NCBI GenBank assembly: GCA_964567945.1
Contig: CAZMOS010000002.1
Coordinates: forward strand, 6,664 to 70,663
Source of the DNA: an uncultured Lentimicrobiaceae bacterium
Lineage (GTDB): Bacteria; Bacteroidota; Bacteroidia; Bacteroidales; F082
Length of the DNA: 64,000 nucleotides
Direction of reading: 5' to 3'
This document shows positions 1-9,872 of this stretch, in pieces. The translations under genes and the position numbers were made by a program. Every line of letters begins with the position of its first letter. The stretch's first letter is position 1. Below the pieces are notes generated by a model. That model did no database searches, was not told where the DNA came from, and saw only the letters and a program-made list of their open reading frames with translations.

Positions 1-1817
1 TTGCCGTCATCGGAGCCGGTGTAAATGATATCGTTATTCACAGGTGAAACCGAAATAGTTGTCAGTGTGTTGTATGCCAGGTTTCCCGGCTGGTCGCCAT
101 CGGTAAGGTCGCCGCTGACGGGAAACCACGAAATGGCCCGGTTTACGGTCTTGTACAATCTGTTGGTTCCGAAATAAAGCGTTTTGGGTTCAGACGGATC
201 AAAAACCACCGGGCAGTTCCAGTTGAAACGGTCGCTCTGGCTGATGCCGGAGGTGGCATCCGAAAAACTTAATCCGCCGTTGGTTGACCTGCCGAGGCCG
301 CCATACTGATATTCGGCATAAATGTAATTGTTGTCCACCGGGTCCACAAGCACCTGAAACCCGTCACCGCCATAGATCATTTCCCAGTCATCCAAAGCGC
401 CTGTTGTTGTCCGGTTTGTTCCGTTATCCTGTGCTCCACCGTACAGCCGCCACGGCATCTGGCGATCCACTTCGCAGGTATAAAACTGGGTTATGGGGAT
501 CGTTTCGTTCCATGTCCACGAGCTGCCGCCGTCATAGGAAAGGTAAAGACCGCCGTCGTTTCCGAGGACGATAAAATTATGATTTAAGGGATGAATGTAC
601 AGTCCGTGCTGGTCCACATGTACATCCCAGCCGGAAACATCATTCCAGGAATTGCCACCGTCTTTGGTCCTGTAAAGCGTAAACCCGATCACAAAGGCAA
701 TGTCCGGATCAACCGGATCCACTTTGATTCGTCCGAACCACCAGCCGTATGAATAATAAGCGCCTGACAATCCCCCGTCGTTAGTTTGTATCCAGGTGTC
801 GCCGCCGTCAATGGTTTTGTAAACTCCTTTGAAATAGCCGATGCTGTCGGCATAAATGGCGTACAGGATATTGGGATTTGAAACTGAAATGTCAATTCCG
901 ATCCTTCCTTTGTCTTCCGCAAGTGCGGGCAGGCCATTGGTCAACTCCTGCCAGGTTTCTCCGCCGTCGAAAGAACGATAAATGCCGCAGGTGGGGCCGC
1001 CGTAACTTCTGCGGTTGGGTCGCCGCACCCTTTCCCACAAGGCTGCATACAGGGTGTCGGCATGCTCCGGATTGATGGCCACGTCAATGGCCCCGGTGGA
1101 ATCGGAAACATAAAGTACATTCTCCCAGGTGTCGCCACCATCTTCGGTCTTGTAGATACCACGGTTGGGGCTGTCGGCGAACAAGTTTCCCATTGCAGCC
1201 ACATAAACTACGTCAGGGTCACGCGGATCAACAACCATCCGCCCGATGTTGCGGCTCTCTTCCAGCCCCTTGTGCTGCCAGGTCTGGCCGCCGTCTTCCG
1301 ATCTGTAAACGCCCACACCGTCATACGCCAGCGAGCCGCCTCCCGCGTTGGCTTCGCCGGTTCCCACATACAAGATGTCAGGGTCGGACGGGGCAATGGC
1401 AATATCACCGATGGACAAACTCAATGCTTCATCAAAAACGGGTTGCCAGGTGATCCCGGCATCGGTTGACTTGAAAACGCCACCGGCAGCAGCGCCGAGG
1501 TAAATGGTATTCAGGTCATATGGATGCATCTCCACATCGGTGATGCGGCCACCCGTATTAATGGGCCCGGAAAACTCCCATACTCCTTCGTTCCGGCTGG
1601 CTTTGGCTTCTTCCCGGAATTGGTGTGCCTGTTGAAGGGCATTCAGGTAAGCAGTCTGGTTGATCTGTTCGAAAGGAAAAGCACGTTGCCTGAAAAACCA
1701 GTCGTTGGGTTTTTCTTTATGGAAAGGGTTTTCAGTAACTGTTTCTGTCTGGAGAAGATATATTCCAGATAAAACGAGGAGAAAAAATCCTGCTGAAAAA
1801 ATAAAAAGCTTGTTCAT
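1..1817 (-). CDS. Secreted BNR/Asp-box repeat beta-propeller protein (sortilin/VPS10-type, glycosyl-hydrolase-like); C-terminus lies beyond the window start
   Basis: Absent from the ORF track because no stop falls inside the window. My minus-strand translation from the ATG at 1817 gives MNKLFIFSAGFFLLVLSGIYLL (signal peptide), then GPINTGGRITDVEMHPYDLNTIYLGAAAGGVFKSTDAGITWQPVFD. Asp-boxes recur: RSEDGGQTW, KTEDGGDTW, RSFDGGETW, KTIDGGDTW, RTKDGGNSW, SYDGGSSW. The frame stays open to position 1. Confidence 0.8.
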   Translation of the reverse strand, partial: MNKLFIFSAGFFLLVLSGIYLLQTETVTENPFHKEKPNDWFFRQRAFPFEQINQTAYLNALQQAHQFREEAKASRNEGVWEFSGPINTGGRITDVEMHPYDLNTIYLGAAAGGVFKSTDAGITWQPVFDEALSLSIGDIAIAPSDPDILYVGTGEANAGGGSLAYDGVGVYRSEDGGQTWQHKGLEESRNIGRMVVDPRDPDVVYVAAMGNLFADSPNRGIYKTEDGGDTWENVLYVSDSTGAIDVAINPEHADTLYAALWERVRRPNRRSYGGPTCGIYRSFDGGETWQELTNGLPALAEDKGRIGIDISVSNPNILYAIYADSIGYFKGVYKTIDGGDTWIQTNDGGLSGAYYSYGWWFGRIKVDPVDPDIAFVIGFTLYRTKDGGNSWNDVSGWDVHVDQHGLYIHPLNHNFIVLGNDGGLYLSYDGGSSWTWNETIPITQFYTCEVDRQMPWRLYGGAQDNGTNRTTTGALDDWEMIYGGDGFQVLVDPVDNNYIYAEYQYGGLGRSTNGGLSFSDATSGISQSDRFNWNCPVVFDPSEPKTLYFGTNRLYKTVNRAISWFPVSGDLTDGDQPGNLAYNTLTTISVSPVNNDIIYTGSDDG

Positions 1818-2063
1818 AATTGCGGGGTAAATGATGGTTCAAAGTTATGGTGTTTTTTGTTTCAAAGATGAATTTCAAGTGTTGACGCTTGAACCGGAGT
1901 GTCCATTATCCCGAATGTATCGCCCTTACAGGGCTTTTGTTTTTTCGGCGATAACACAGGTTTTCGCTTCGCTTCAACCTGTGTTGGTACAGGGCGGGGT
2001 TTCACCCCTTATGTTTTGAATAAAAAAGCTTTTTCTTTACCCAACGTAAACAAACTAAAACCT

Positions 2064-3797
2064 CTAATCTGATCTTATTTTCACCTTAAACACCTTGCTG
2101 TTCAATCCAGGGGGCAGCCAGCCCGAACGGATGCAGACGCGCAGGTGATAATCTCCCGGCTCGGAAGGCGTTTCGGTGAGCAGGACAGTGTCGTAATTTT
2201 TTTTCAGCCATAGCAACGAAATGTCTTCGACTTCTGTATATAAAACCACTTTCCCTTTTTGTGTAAAAGCCACAGCCAGCCAGGTATCGCCTCCATCCTG
2301 CCTTACGGTCACGGCTGTATCCAGCGGATTGACAAGCTCCACAGGAATCCGGATCAATGTAGAGGGACTGAAGACGTGTTCTTTCATTTTTATTTTTACA
2401 GGAATGTAATTGTAAGAGTAGTAATGTTTCACGTCAATGTAATACCACCATCTGCCCAATATGTATGTACTGTCGGCATCCGGCAAGTAATAATATACCG
2501 TGTCATAAAGCCACATCCCTTTTTCGGGATAAACAAACAAAACCTTTTTATCAGCCAGTTTCGGTTCAATCCCTGCCAGGTCAAACTGGTTTTTCCGGTA
2601 AAGCAGATAGTTGAACGTAAACGACTCCCGTTTTGCATAAAACAGATACTTGGAGGCCTTCTGGTAAGAATTGGCAAACACCACCGGCCTGTCACCGGCG
2701 ATCTTTTTTAATTCTCCCGCCCATTTTTTCCATCCGCGAAACTCATTGGTCAGCTTCGGTTTATCTTTAACCTGAAGAAAATCATAAACCAGAAAAATAC
2801 GGAGCACGATGATCAGGACAAAACTGATCCCGCCAAGAATATACACAGCTTTGTGGATATTCAGGTTGTTTTCAATTAAAGGATAGCTAAGTAAAATCAG
2901 AGGCACGTAGGCAGTCACTGTCCAGTTGGCTTCCACGGGCCCGAAAAATGACAGCAGAAACCCCAGGCCGAAAACACCGATGATATTAAAGATTAACGCC
3001 CGGTGAAAAAGGGTTTTGGTTTTATTCTTAAAAGCATAAGAAATCAGAAAATAAGCCATCAACGGGTTCATGATCACCAGTTGCCCCGCCGGATAGTTGA
3101 TAAGGTTCAACACATCAAAATACGAGTTACGGCCCCTCTCAACCAAATAAAAATAAAAGTTGATGAAATAGTGATTAATTTGCCAGATCAGATGGGGAAC
3201 CATCAGCAGCGCAGAAAATATCACAATAAACCAGAACGATCTTCTTTTGGCGATCTTCAGATTGGAGAACAGTGTGAAAACAACCACCAGCCCGCCGAAA
3301 TATTTGCTGTAAAGCATTCCGGAAATCCCGAGGATCACCAGGAAGGCATTAAGCGGTTTATCGTCATCAAGATATTTCCCGTAAGCATAAAAAAACAGAG
3401 TGGCAAAAAAGATCAACGGTGTGTCGGGCACGGCTATAAAACCGCCTGCCTGGAAAATAACGATCGAGAAAACGAAAACGAAAAACAACAGGTAGTTTTT
3501 TACACGCATCATCTCAACGATCATCATCAGAATACCCACCGACATAACTGCCACCAGTAATCTGACTCCCAGCTCATTGGGAAACAAGGCATATCCCAGC
3601 CGGATAATCACGGCGATCATCGGCGGATGGTCATAATAGCCCCAGGAAAGATCGGTTGAATAAAACCAATAATAGGCTTCGTCGTGCAGCAGTTCGGTAA
3701 AATAAGACTGGAAAAGATTCAGGATAAACCACAGCGCCAGCAGCCCGTAATACAGTTGCCTGGAATGGGAAAAAGGCCTTGATGCCGGTTTGTTCAT
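2064..3797 (-). CDS. ArnT/PMT-like membrane glycosyltransferase (GT39/GT83 type)
   Basis: 577 aa. The N-terminal two thirds are polytopic and hydrophobic. An N-terminal HDEAYYW...YYDHPPM motif is typical of dolichyl/undecaprenyl-phosphate-sugar transferases. The C-terminal domain is soluble. Confidence 0.75.
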   Translation of the reverse strand: MNKPASRPFSHSRQLYYGLLALWFILNLFQSYFTELLHDEAYYWFYSTDLSWGYYDHPPMIAVIIRLGYALFPNELGVRLLVAVMSVGILMMIVEMMRVKNYLLFFVFVFSIVIFQAGGFIAVPDTPLIFFATLFFYAYGKYLDDDKPLNAFLVILGISGMLYSKYFGGLVVVFTLFSNLKIAKRRSFWFIVIFSALLMVPHLIWQINHYFINFYFYLVERGRNSYFDVLNLINYPAGQLVIMNPLMAYFLISYAFKNKTKTLFHRALIFNIIGVFGLGFLLSFFGPVEANWTVTAYVPLILLSYPLIENNLNIHKAVYILGGISFVLIIVLRIFLVYDFLQVKDKPKLTNEFRGWKKWAGELKKIAGDRPVVFANSYQKASKYLFYAKRESFTFNYLLYRKNQFDLAGIEPKLADKKVLFVYPEKGMWLYDTVYYYLPDADSTYILGRWWYYIDVKHYYSYNYIPVKIKMKEHVFSPSTLIRIPVELVNPLDTAVTVRQDGGDTWLAVAFTQKGKVVLYTEVEDISLLWLKKNYDTVLLTETPSEPGDYHLRVCIRSGWLPPGLNSKVFKVKIRSD

Positions 3798-4053
3798 ATT
3801 GCCGATGACTGAAAGACATTGGCAAAGATGGGAAATTTATTGAAGTCGGAAAGCAGAATGCACAAATTAGAATTTAGAAATTCAGGTGCCGGGGTTGATC
3901 CCTCCGTCCTCATTGTACTACCCGAGTCAGTTGATCTGCCCTTTTGCGAGGCAGTCCATCCCGATAGTGCAGGGATATAGAAACAGGATTAACACGGATA
4001 CGACCCGTCAGCCGACACACTTGAATTCGGTCCCCTTTGATAACAAATCCGGG

Positions 4054-5013
4054 TTAATAAAACCGAAGTTTTTCAGTGATCATGGGAGTGTTGATCCACC
4101 GGCGTTTATATATGTTTTCAATAAACATTTTTATGAATGCCTGTTCGACGCCGACTGCCCAGTGTTTGACCATTCCGCTTCCGCCGGCTTTTCCACTAAC
4201 CTCGGCTGCAAACAATATTTCGCGGGTGGCAATATCGAAAAACACAACCCAGATCAGTGAATATTCCCTTTCTTTATTAAAATTTTCCAGAACAACGACC
4301 ATTCCTAACCCGTTTTTCTCGGCCAGCACATACGATTTCACAATTTTCTCCAGGTCTTCATACGGAATACAATAATTATTCGCAATCACAAAATCCTGAT
4401 AATCCATAAAACGGTAATTGGAAAATACACTTTTCCCCACAAACATGGTTCTTTTATCCATCCAGTGGCGCATATCTTTTATGGTCAGCATTTTGTTGGT
4501 CAATTCATCATTCCATGCCTCATAATATTTTTGAACAATTTCAACACCATGCCCCAATTTAGTTGAATTCGTCAGTTTTAGATAAGTCATATCGAATCCG
4601 TAAAAAACGATATCCTGGCGGAAAAAGATTTCATTTGCCCGGTTGCCATATACTTTGCCACCCATTTGTTTTCTGATCTGGCAATAAGGATTGCCGATGG
4701 AAGGGTCGTAAACAAAATCAGCAGGTGGTTCCCAGGCAACAGGCTCAATTTTTTGTTTTTTTGCAGTTTCTGCATCTTCGGGTGCATTGAAAATATCTTT
4801 ATCCCCTGATTTATAGCGGATCATGAAAACTTTGGACTTTGCGATGCTGTATGTCGGGCCGTTCAGATTGGATGTTTTTTTATATCTGATTGTCTCTGCA
4901 AGAATTTCGGTGACTTTGGCATGGATTTCATCGCCATTTCTCAAAATAATCAAATCCTGCGAATAAGAATGGCCGACAATAAAAAGGAAAATAATGACAA
5001 GTAATTTTTTCAT
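4054..5013 (-). CDS. Hypothetical secreted protein
   Basis: 319-aa ORF with signal peptide MKKLLVIIFLFIVGHSYSQ. I recognise no family motif. It is flanked by repeat-rich non-coding DNA on both sides. Confidence 0.6.
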   Translation of the reverse strand: MKKLLVIIFLFIVGHSYSQDLIILRNGDEIHAKVTEILAETIRYKKTSNLNGPTYSIAKSKVFMIRYKSGDKDIFNAPEDAETAKKQKIEPVAWEPPADFVYDPSIGNPYCQIRKQMGGKVYGNRANEIFFRQDIVFYGFDMTYLKLTNSTKLGHGVEIVQKYYEAWNDELTNKMLTIKDMRHWMDKRTMFVGKSVFSNYRFMDYQDFVIANNYCIPYEDLEKIVKSYVLAEKNGLGMVVVLENFNKEREYSLIWVVFFDIATREILFAAEVSGKAGGSGMVKHWAVGVEQAFIKMFIENIYKRRWINTPMITEKLRFY

Positions 5014-5232
5014 TTTATGGTCTTTTAATTTTTGAACTAATAATCAACTAAAATAACAAAAAAGCAACATACTTTTCTTTACTGAAAAATCAGGATTTCG
5101 TTACATTTTTGTGTTGTTTTTTGGTCGAGGCGGAAAATCAAATCTTTGACTATACGACCATTTATTTATCGGATCTTATCGGATTTATCCGAAAGTTCAT
5201 CAAACATGAAACGGAGTAAAACAAGAACTGAT

Positions 5233-5400
5233 TTACAATAAAAACCGGGCTTCGGAAAGCTCTTTGCCAATTTGCTGAACTCCGGACAGAATACGCCTGG
5301 TCTGCCTTGCAGAGGGTTTTTTTACCCCTTTGATTTATTGTGCAAGCAGGCTTTGGTTCATTCCTATACGCTCTGACAACGTCTTCACATTAATTGCTTT
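5233..5400 (-). pseudogene. Remnant of an XRE/HicB-type HTH antitoxin-like gene (C-terminal fragment with in-frame TAA)
   Basis: Minus-strand translation reads KTLSERIGMNQSLLAQ*IKGVKKPSARQTRRILSGVQQIGKELSEARFLL*. This is a helix-turn-helix plus the GxKKPS tail typical of HTH_3 antitoxin C-termini. A TAA occupies 5335-5337. There is no start codon or N-terminal domain, and a terminator-like hairpin lies immediately upstream. Confidence 0.35.
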
Positions 5401-5632
5401 ATAAAGAAAAAGGCCCCACAAAAATGTGAGGCCCCAAAATCAGCGATAAAATTTTGGAGAACTTCCCCTCCTGTTTTTAGTTTGTTATAGAAAGGGCTCC
5501 AAAGTAGCTGTCATTTCACAGATATGAAAACCGCATTTTTTTCTTTTCACGTAATCATACCGGACTAGCTCACCGTTGATCCTTAAAATGGAATGCGTGA
5601 AAATAGAAATTAGAATCAGGTGCGGTGAAATT

Positions 5633-5680
5633 AACCTGTCAGGTTTCAAAAGGCTCCGTGCGCAAGCAACCTGACAGGTT
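5633..5680. repeat. Paired AACCTGTCAGGTT palindromic element (family E, copy 1)
   Basis: AACCTGTCAGGTT (5633-5645) and AACCTGACAGGTT (5668-5680) form a 13-bp stem around a 22-nt spacer. Confidence 0.75.
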
Positions 5681-5765
5681 TATGCACTTGAGGCGGGATT
5701 GTCGAAAACGGACAACGAAAACGAATGACGAAAAGAAATCCGAAGAACCGGATCATTTACCCCCA

Positions 5766-5800
5766 ATAAAAAAACCACCTGCAATAAATCATGCAAGTGG
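5766..5800 (-). terminator. Rho-independent terminator downstream of tRNA-Ala
   Basis: Minus strand reads CCACTTGCA-tgatttat-TGCAGGTGG followed by TTTTTTTT. Confidence 0.7.
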
Positions 5801-5813
5801 TTCGTTTCGTGTG

Positions 5814-5887
5814 TGGAGCATATCGGAGTCGAACCGATGACCTCTTGACTGCCAGTCAAACGCTCTAACCAACTGAGCTAATGCCCC
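5814..5887 (-). tRNA. tRNA-Ala (anticodon GGC)
   Basis: The reverse complement folds as a cloverleaf: GGGGCAT TA GCTC AGTTGGTTA GAGC G TTTGA CTGGCAG TCAAG AGGTC ATCGG TTCGACT CCGAT ATGCTCC A. The G3:U70 alanine identity pair is present and the anticodon loop is CT-GGC-AG. CCA is not encoded. Confidence 0.95.
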
Positions 5888-5949
5888 CTTTTGAGTTTTG
5901 AGTGTAGAGTTTTTGAGAGGGCAAAAGTAAAAACTTTTTGAATTAATCA

Positions 5950-5957
5950 TACATTTG
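5950..5957 (+). promoter_or_regulatory. Bacteroidota -7 box TACATTTG (thpR promoter)
   Basis: Matches the TAnnTTTG consensus, 11 nt upstream of the ATG at 5968. Confidence 0.45.
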
Positions 5958-5967
5958 CAGCGAAACC

Positions 5968-6522
5968 ATGAAACGACTTTTTGCCGCCATAAAAATTACA
6001 CCGGATAAAAATTTTCTGGGTATTTATTATAAACTCGTTAACGGGTTGGTTAATGACAGCATCAAATGGGTTGAACCACAAAATTTTCATCTGACATTAA
6101 AATTTTTTGGTGAGATCCCCGAAAAAAAGGTTGACCTCATTTGCAGGGAACTTGACTCCGTATCGCTTTCTTTTTCCCCTTTTACGATTAATATTCGGAA
6201 GACCGGTGTTTTTGGGAGCCATTATAACCCGAAAGTAATCTGGTTTGGTATTGAAGATTCCGGTTATGTGACGGAAATTGCCGAACAGATACTGACCAAA
6301 ATGGACAAGGCAGGTTTTGCACGCGACAGGCAGAATTTTGTTCCGCATCTCACAGTAGGCCGTATCAGGAGATTATCGGACAAACAACATTTTGAAAAAA
6401 CAATTAAAAGGTTTGAAAAGGCAAACCTTATGGAAATCAATATTAGTGAGATATATCTTTATGAGAGCCATCTGAAACCGGAAGGCCCCGTTTATGAAAC
6501 AGTTGAAAAATTCAGTCTTTAA
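5968..6522 (+). CDS. thpR: RNA 2',3'-cyclic phosphodiesterase (2H phosphoesterase, LigT/ThpR)
   Basis: 184 aa with the two HxT/S motifs HLTLKF and HLTVGR at the expected spacing. Confidence 0.85.
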   Translation: MKRLFAAIKITPDKNFLGIYYKLVNGLVNDSIKWVEPQNFHLTLKFFGEIPEKKVDLICRELDSVSLSFSPFTINIRKTGVFGSHYNPKVIWFGIEDSGYVTEIAEQILTKMDKAGFARDRQNFVPHLTVGRIRRLSDKQHFEKTIKRFEKANLMEINISEIYLYESHLKPEGPVYETVEKFSL

Positions 6523-6681
6523 TCAGTTGCTTTCCCTGATTTTTTAAACTTTTTATTGTAATTACGTATAATTGCTTTACTATATGCAACAAAATATTTT
6601 TTTGGAAGTTATTTTAGATATAAATTTTTTACTTTAGCCCCACTTTATCTTTATGAATTTCAGCGGCAGATTATTAACATA

Positions 6682-7617
6682 TTGTTTTTGTTTACCGGAC
6701 TGATTCTCATTACATACGTTTATTGTCAGCAGGCACCGATCTTTACACAATATTACAATACCTACATGTTTTCCAATCCTGCTTACGCGGGCATGAGACG
6801 TGGAATCTGTGTTGATGGTATTTATCGTCAGCAATGGGCTGGCGGGTTCGACGACGAAGACGGTTACAATATGGCTCCTCAGGATATATTGCTTTCCCTG
6901 GACTCTCCTTTAAAAGCTTTACACGGTGGTCTGGGGGGATCTGTTATTCAGGACAGGCTCGGATACCAGAGTGACATCATCGTTCAGGTGGACTATTCCT
7001 TTCATTTGAACCTTTCTATCGGAGTTTTGGGGCTTGGTGCGGGTCTGAACATCATTAACCGTAGTATTGACGGGTCCAAATTCAAACCCGTGGAAGACGG
7101 AGACCCCATATTGCCCACTTCCACTGTCAGCGACCTGCGGCTGGATGCAAGCGGCGGTTTATTCCTGAATCAACCGGGCCGGTATTATATTGGTATTTCG
7201 GTCGCCAACATACTCGAGTCCGGTTTCAAGAAGTTTGATCCTTCAGGAAATAGCATCACTTCGACCGACAGAACTTTTTACATTGTAGGGGGATATACTT
7301 ATACAATACCCCGCAATCCGAAATTTGAGATCATCCCCTCTGTTATGATTTTAAGTAATCTTGCATCAACACAATATAACTTAACAGGGATCGTTAAATA
7401 CAATGACAAATTTTGGGGGGGCGTAAATTATCGCTTCCAGGAATCGGTAGGATTTATTGCCGGGGTACGCTTCAAAAGCTTTAAGATCAGCTACTCTTAC
7501 GATTTGAATACGTTGCCGGTGAGCATTCCCGGAAGTCATGAGGTGTCCCTAAGCTATTGTTTTAAAATTAAAACAGAACATTATAAAACAAGTTATAAGA
7601 ATACACGTTATTTATAA
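6682..7617 (+). CDS. porP: Type IX secretion system membrane protein PorP/SprF family
   Basis: The N-terminus QQAPIFTQYYNTYMFSNPAYAG is the PorP/SprF hallmark. The rest looks like a beta-barrel and the gene sits directly upstream of gldK. TTG start; I found no in-frame ATG upstream, so the start is uncertain. Confidence 0.85.
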   Translation: MFLFTGLILITYVYCQQAPIFTQYYNTYMFSNPAYAGMRRGICVDGIYRQQWAGGFDDEDGYNMAPQDILLSLDSPLKALHGGLGGSVIQDRLGYQSDIIVQVDYSFHLNLSIGVLGLGAGLNIINRSIDGSKFKPVEDGDPILPTSTVSDLRLDASGGLFLNQPGRYYIGISVANILESGFKKFDPSGNSITSTDRTFYIVGGYTYTIPRNPKFEIIPSVMILSNLASTQYNLTGIVKYNDKFWGGVNYRFQESVGFIAGVRFKSFKISYSYDLNTLPVSIPGSHEVSLSYCFKIKTEHYKTSYKNTRYL

Positions 7618-7713
7618 TGACATTTTAATAATTGATCATTGAACACATATTTTTATATTTTTGGCACGCAAAAATTTGAACAATCGTAATCTTGATAAAC
7701 CAATAGAAATACA

Positions 7714-9084
7714 ATGAAAAAACTGGTTTTATACATTGTAGTGGCATTCTTTCTTGCCAGTTGCAGCAATTCCGGTAACGGAGAACTCGTTGGAACCCGC
7801 AAGAAATCTAAACCGTTTTACCAACCTGATCCTTATGGCATGGTATTCGTTCCGCAAGGAAGTTACGTGATGGGTGCTTCTTCCGAAGACATTACCCACG
7901 GACATCTTATCCAGCCAAAAACCATTTCCGTTTCATCTTTCTTTATGGATGAAACAGAAATAACAAATGACGAGTACCGTCAGTTTGTTTTCTGGGTAAG
8001 AGATTCCATAGCACGAACCATGCTGGGTGATGTCAGGCCTGATGAATTCCTTATAGAAGAAAATCCAAAAACCGGTGAAGTGTATGACCCGCCCTATCTG
8101 AACTGGAAAACAGAAATCGAATGGAATAGCGAAGATCAGGATGTCAGGGATGCCCTCGAGGACATGTATCTTCCGGAACATGAACGTTATTTCCGCCGAA
8201 AGGAAATAGACACACGTAAATTGATGTACTCTTATTATTGGGTTGATCTTCATGCTGCCGCGAAAAAAGATTTTACTGAAGAAGCTGATTACCGTAATGC
8301 CGGCCTGGCCAACCGTCCGCAGGGTTTACGCGACCGTTCTGTTTATGTAAGAAACGAAACTATTGCCGTTTATCCCGACACACTGGCCTGGATACACGAT
8401 TATACATATTCTTTCAATGATCCGCTTACCGAGAAATATTTCTGGCACCCGGCCTATGACCATTATCCGGTTGTAGGCGTTAACTGGAGGCAGGCACGCG
8501 CTTTTTGCGTTTGGCGGACAGAATATCTTAACAGCTATTTAAGGTCAAGAAAAGGCCAGGTATCACTTTCCGAATTCCGTCTTCCCACGGAAGCTGAATG
8601 GGAATGGGCTGCCCGCGGAGGTTATGCTTTGAATCCTTATCCTTGGGGAGGTCCTTATACAAGGAATGAAAAAGGCTGCTTCCTGGCTAACTTCAAACCG
8701 GTTCGCGGAAATTACATAGCTGATGGAGGTTTGCGTACGGTAATTGTTGCCCACTATCCACCCAACGACTGGGGTCTCTATGATATGGCAGGAAATGTAT
8801 CGGAATGGACAAGTAGTGCTTTCGACCCTTCTTCCTATAACTTCACCTGGGACATGAACCCCAACTATACGTACAATGCCAAAGAAGATGATCCGCCGGT
8901 CATGAAACGCAAAGTGATTCGTGGCGGTTCATGGAAAGATATTGCTTATTTCCTGGAAGTATCCTCAAGGGCATACGAATACCAGGATACAGCAAAATGT
9001 TACATAGGTTTCAGAACTATTCAGCCTTACCTGGGAAGAAACAAAGGGGATAACCCGAACAAGGCTTCAAGAGTATACAATTAA
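7714..9084 (+). CDS. gldK: Gliding motility / T9SS lipoprotein GldK (PorK), FGE-sulfatase fold
   Basis: Lipoprotein signal FFLASCSN, followed by GELVG...FYQPDPYGMVFVPQGSYVMG and a C-terminal VIRGGSWKD SUMF1-type motif. First gene of the K-L-M-N order. Confidence 0.93.
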   Translation: MKKLVLYIVVAFFLASCSNSGNGELVGTRKKSKPFYQPDPYGMVFVPQGSYVMGASSEDITHGHLIQPKTISVSSFFMDETEITNDEYRQFVFWVRDSIARTMLGDVRPDEFLIEENPKTGEVYDPPYLNWKTEIEWNSEDQDVRDALEDMYLPEHERYFRRKEIDTRKLMYSYYWVDLHAAAKKDFTEEADYRNAGLANRPQGLRDRSVYVRNETIAVYPDTLAWIHDYTYSFNDPLTEKYFWHPAYDHYPVVGVNWRQARAFCVWRTEYLNSYLRSRKGQVSLSEFRLPTEAEWEWAARGGYALNPYPWGGPYTRNEKGCFLANFKPVRGNYIADGGLRTVIVAHYPPNDWGLYDMAGNVSEWTSSAFDPSSYNFTWDMNPNYTYNAKEDDPPVMKRKVIRGGSWKDIAYFLEVSSRAYEYQDTAKCYIGFRTIQPYLGRNKGDNPNKASRVYN

Positions 9085-9131
9085 CATAATCAACAATTAA
9101 ATTAGTAAAATAAAATTTAAAAAAAATTATC

Positions 9132-9812
9132 ATGGGCTTATTTAATTTTACAAGAACACGGGGATACAGGAATTTCATGGCCAAGGTTTACGGATGGGGT
9201 GCATCCATTGTTTTGCTTGGTGCCATGTTTAAAATCAATCACTATCCTGGAGCAGATATTATGCTTGTCGTCGGCTTGGGAACAGAAGCAATCATCTTCT
9301 TTTTCTCCGCATTCGAGCCTCCTTTTGTTGAACCCGACTGGAGTTTGGTTTATCCCGAATTAGCAGGGATATATCATAAGGTTGATGACAGTTCGATATT
9401 GCAAAAAAGAAAATCAGCTACAGAACGACTTGATGAAATGTTTGAAAAGGCTAAACTTGATCAGAGAACAATTGATAAGCTAGGCACCGGTATTGAAAAG
9501 CTGGCTGAAAATGCAAGTCAGCTCAGTGACCTTTCTTCCGTTGCTTCTGCAACAAACGAATTTGCAACCAACGTCCAGCAGGCTTCCAACTCAGCCCGTA
9601 TATTTGGTGAGTCTGTTGCGAAAGATGCCGAAACAACCGGTTATTATGCTGAATCATTGCAAACAACAATGAGTGTTTTCCTCGAAAAACTTGAGCAGTC
9701 TTCCGCGTCGGCGACCGAATTTCACGATCAGATGGAGAATCTGACAACCAAAATGAGTGAACTGAACAAAGTTTACGGAAATATCCTTACAGCTATGAAT
9801 GTTAAGGGTTGA
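9132..9812 (+). CDS. gldL: Gliding motility / T9SS motor protein GldL (PorL)
   Basis: Two N-terminal TM helices (GWGASIVLLGAMFKINHYPGADIMLVVGLGTEAIIFFFSAFEPP) and a coiled cytoplasmic tail. Operon position fits. Confidence 0.92.
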   Translation: MGLFNFTRTRGYRNFMAKVYGWGASIVLLGAMFKINHYPGADIMLVVGLGTEAIIFFFSAFEPPFVEPDWSLVYPELAGIYHKVDDSSILQKRKSATERLDEMFEKAKLDQRTIDKLGTGIEKLAENASQLSDLSSVASATNEFATNVQQASNSARIFGESVAKDAETTGYYAESLQTTMSVFLEKLEQSSASATEFHDQMENLTTKMSELNKVYGNILTAMNVKG

Positions 9813-9872
9813 TCAAATAAAATAATTCAACAGTATTTAACCTCAAACCATTAACAAAAGAATTAATTAAAA

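Noticed and set aside
5625-5840. 71-aa plus-strand ORF (MKLTCQVSKGS...)
   Set aside because: It runs through the family E palindromes and into the tRNA-Ala gene. The composition is low-complexity and basic. It is a translation artefact.
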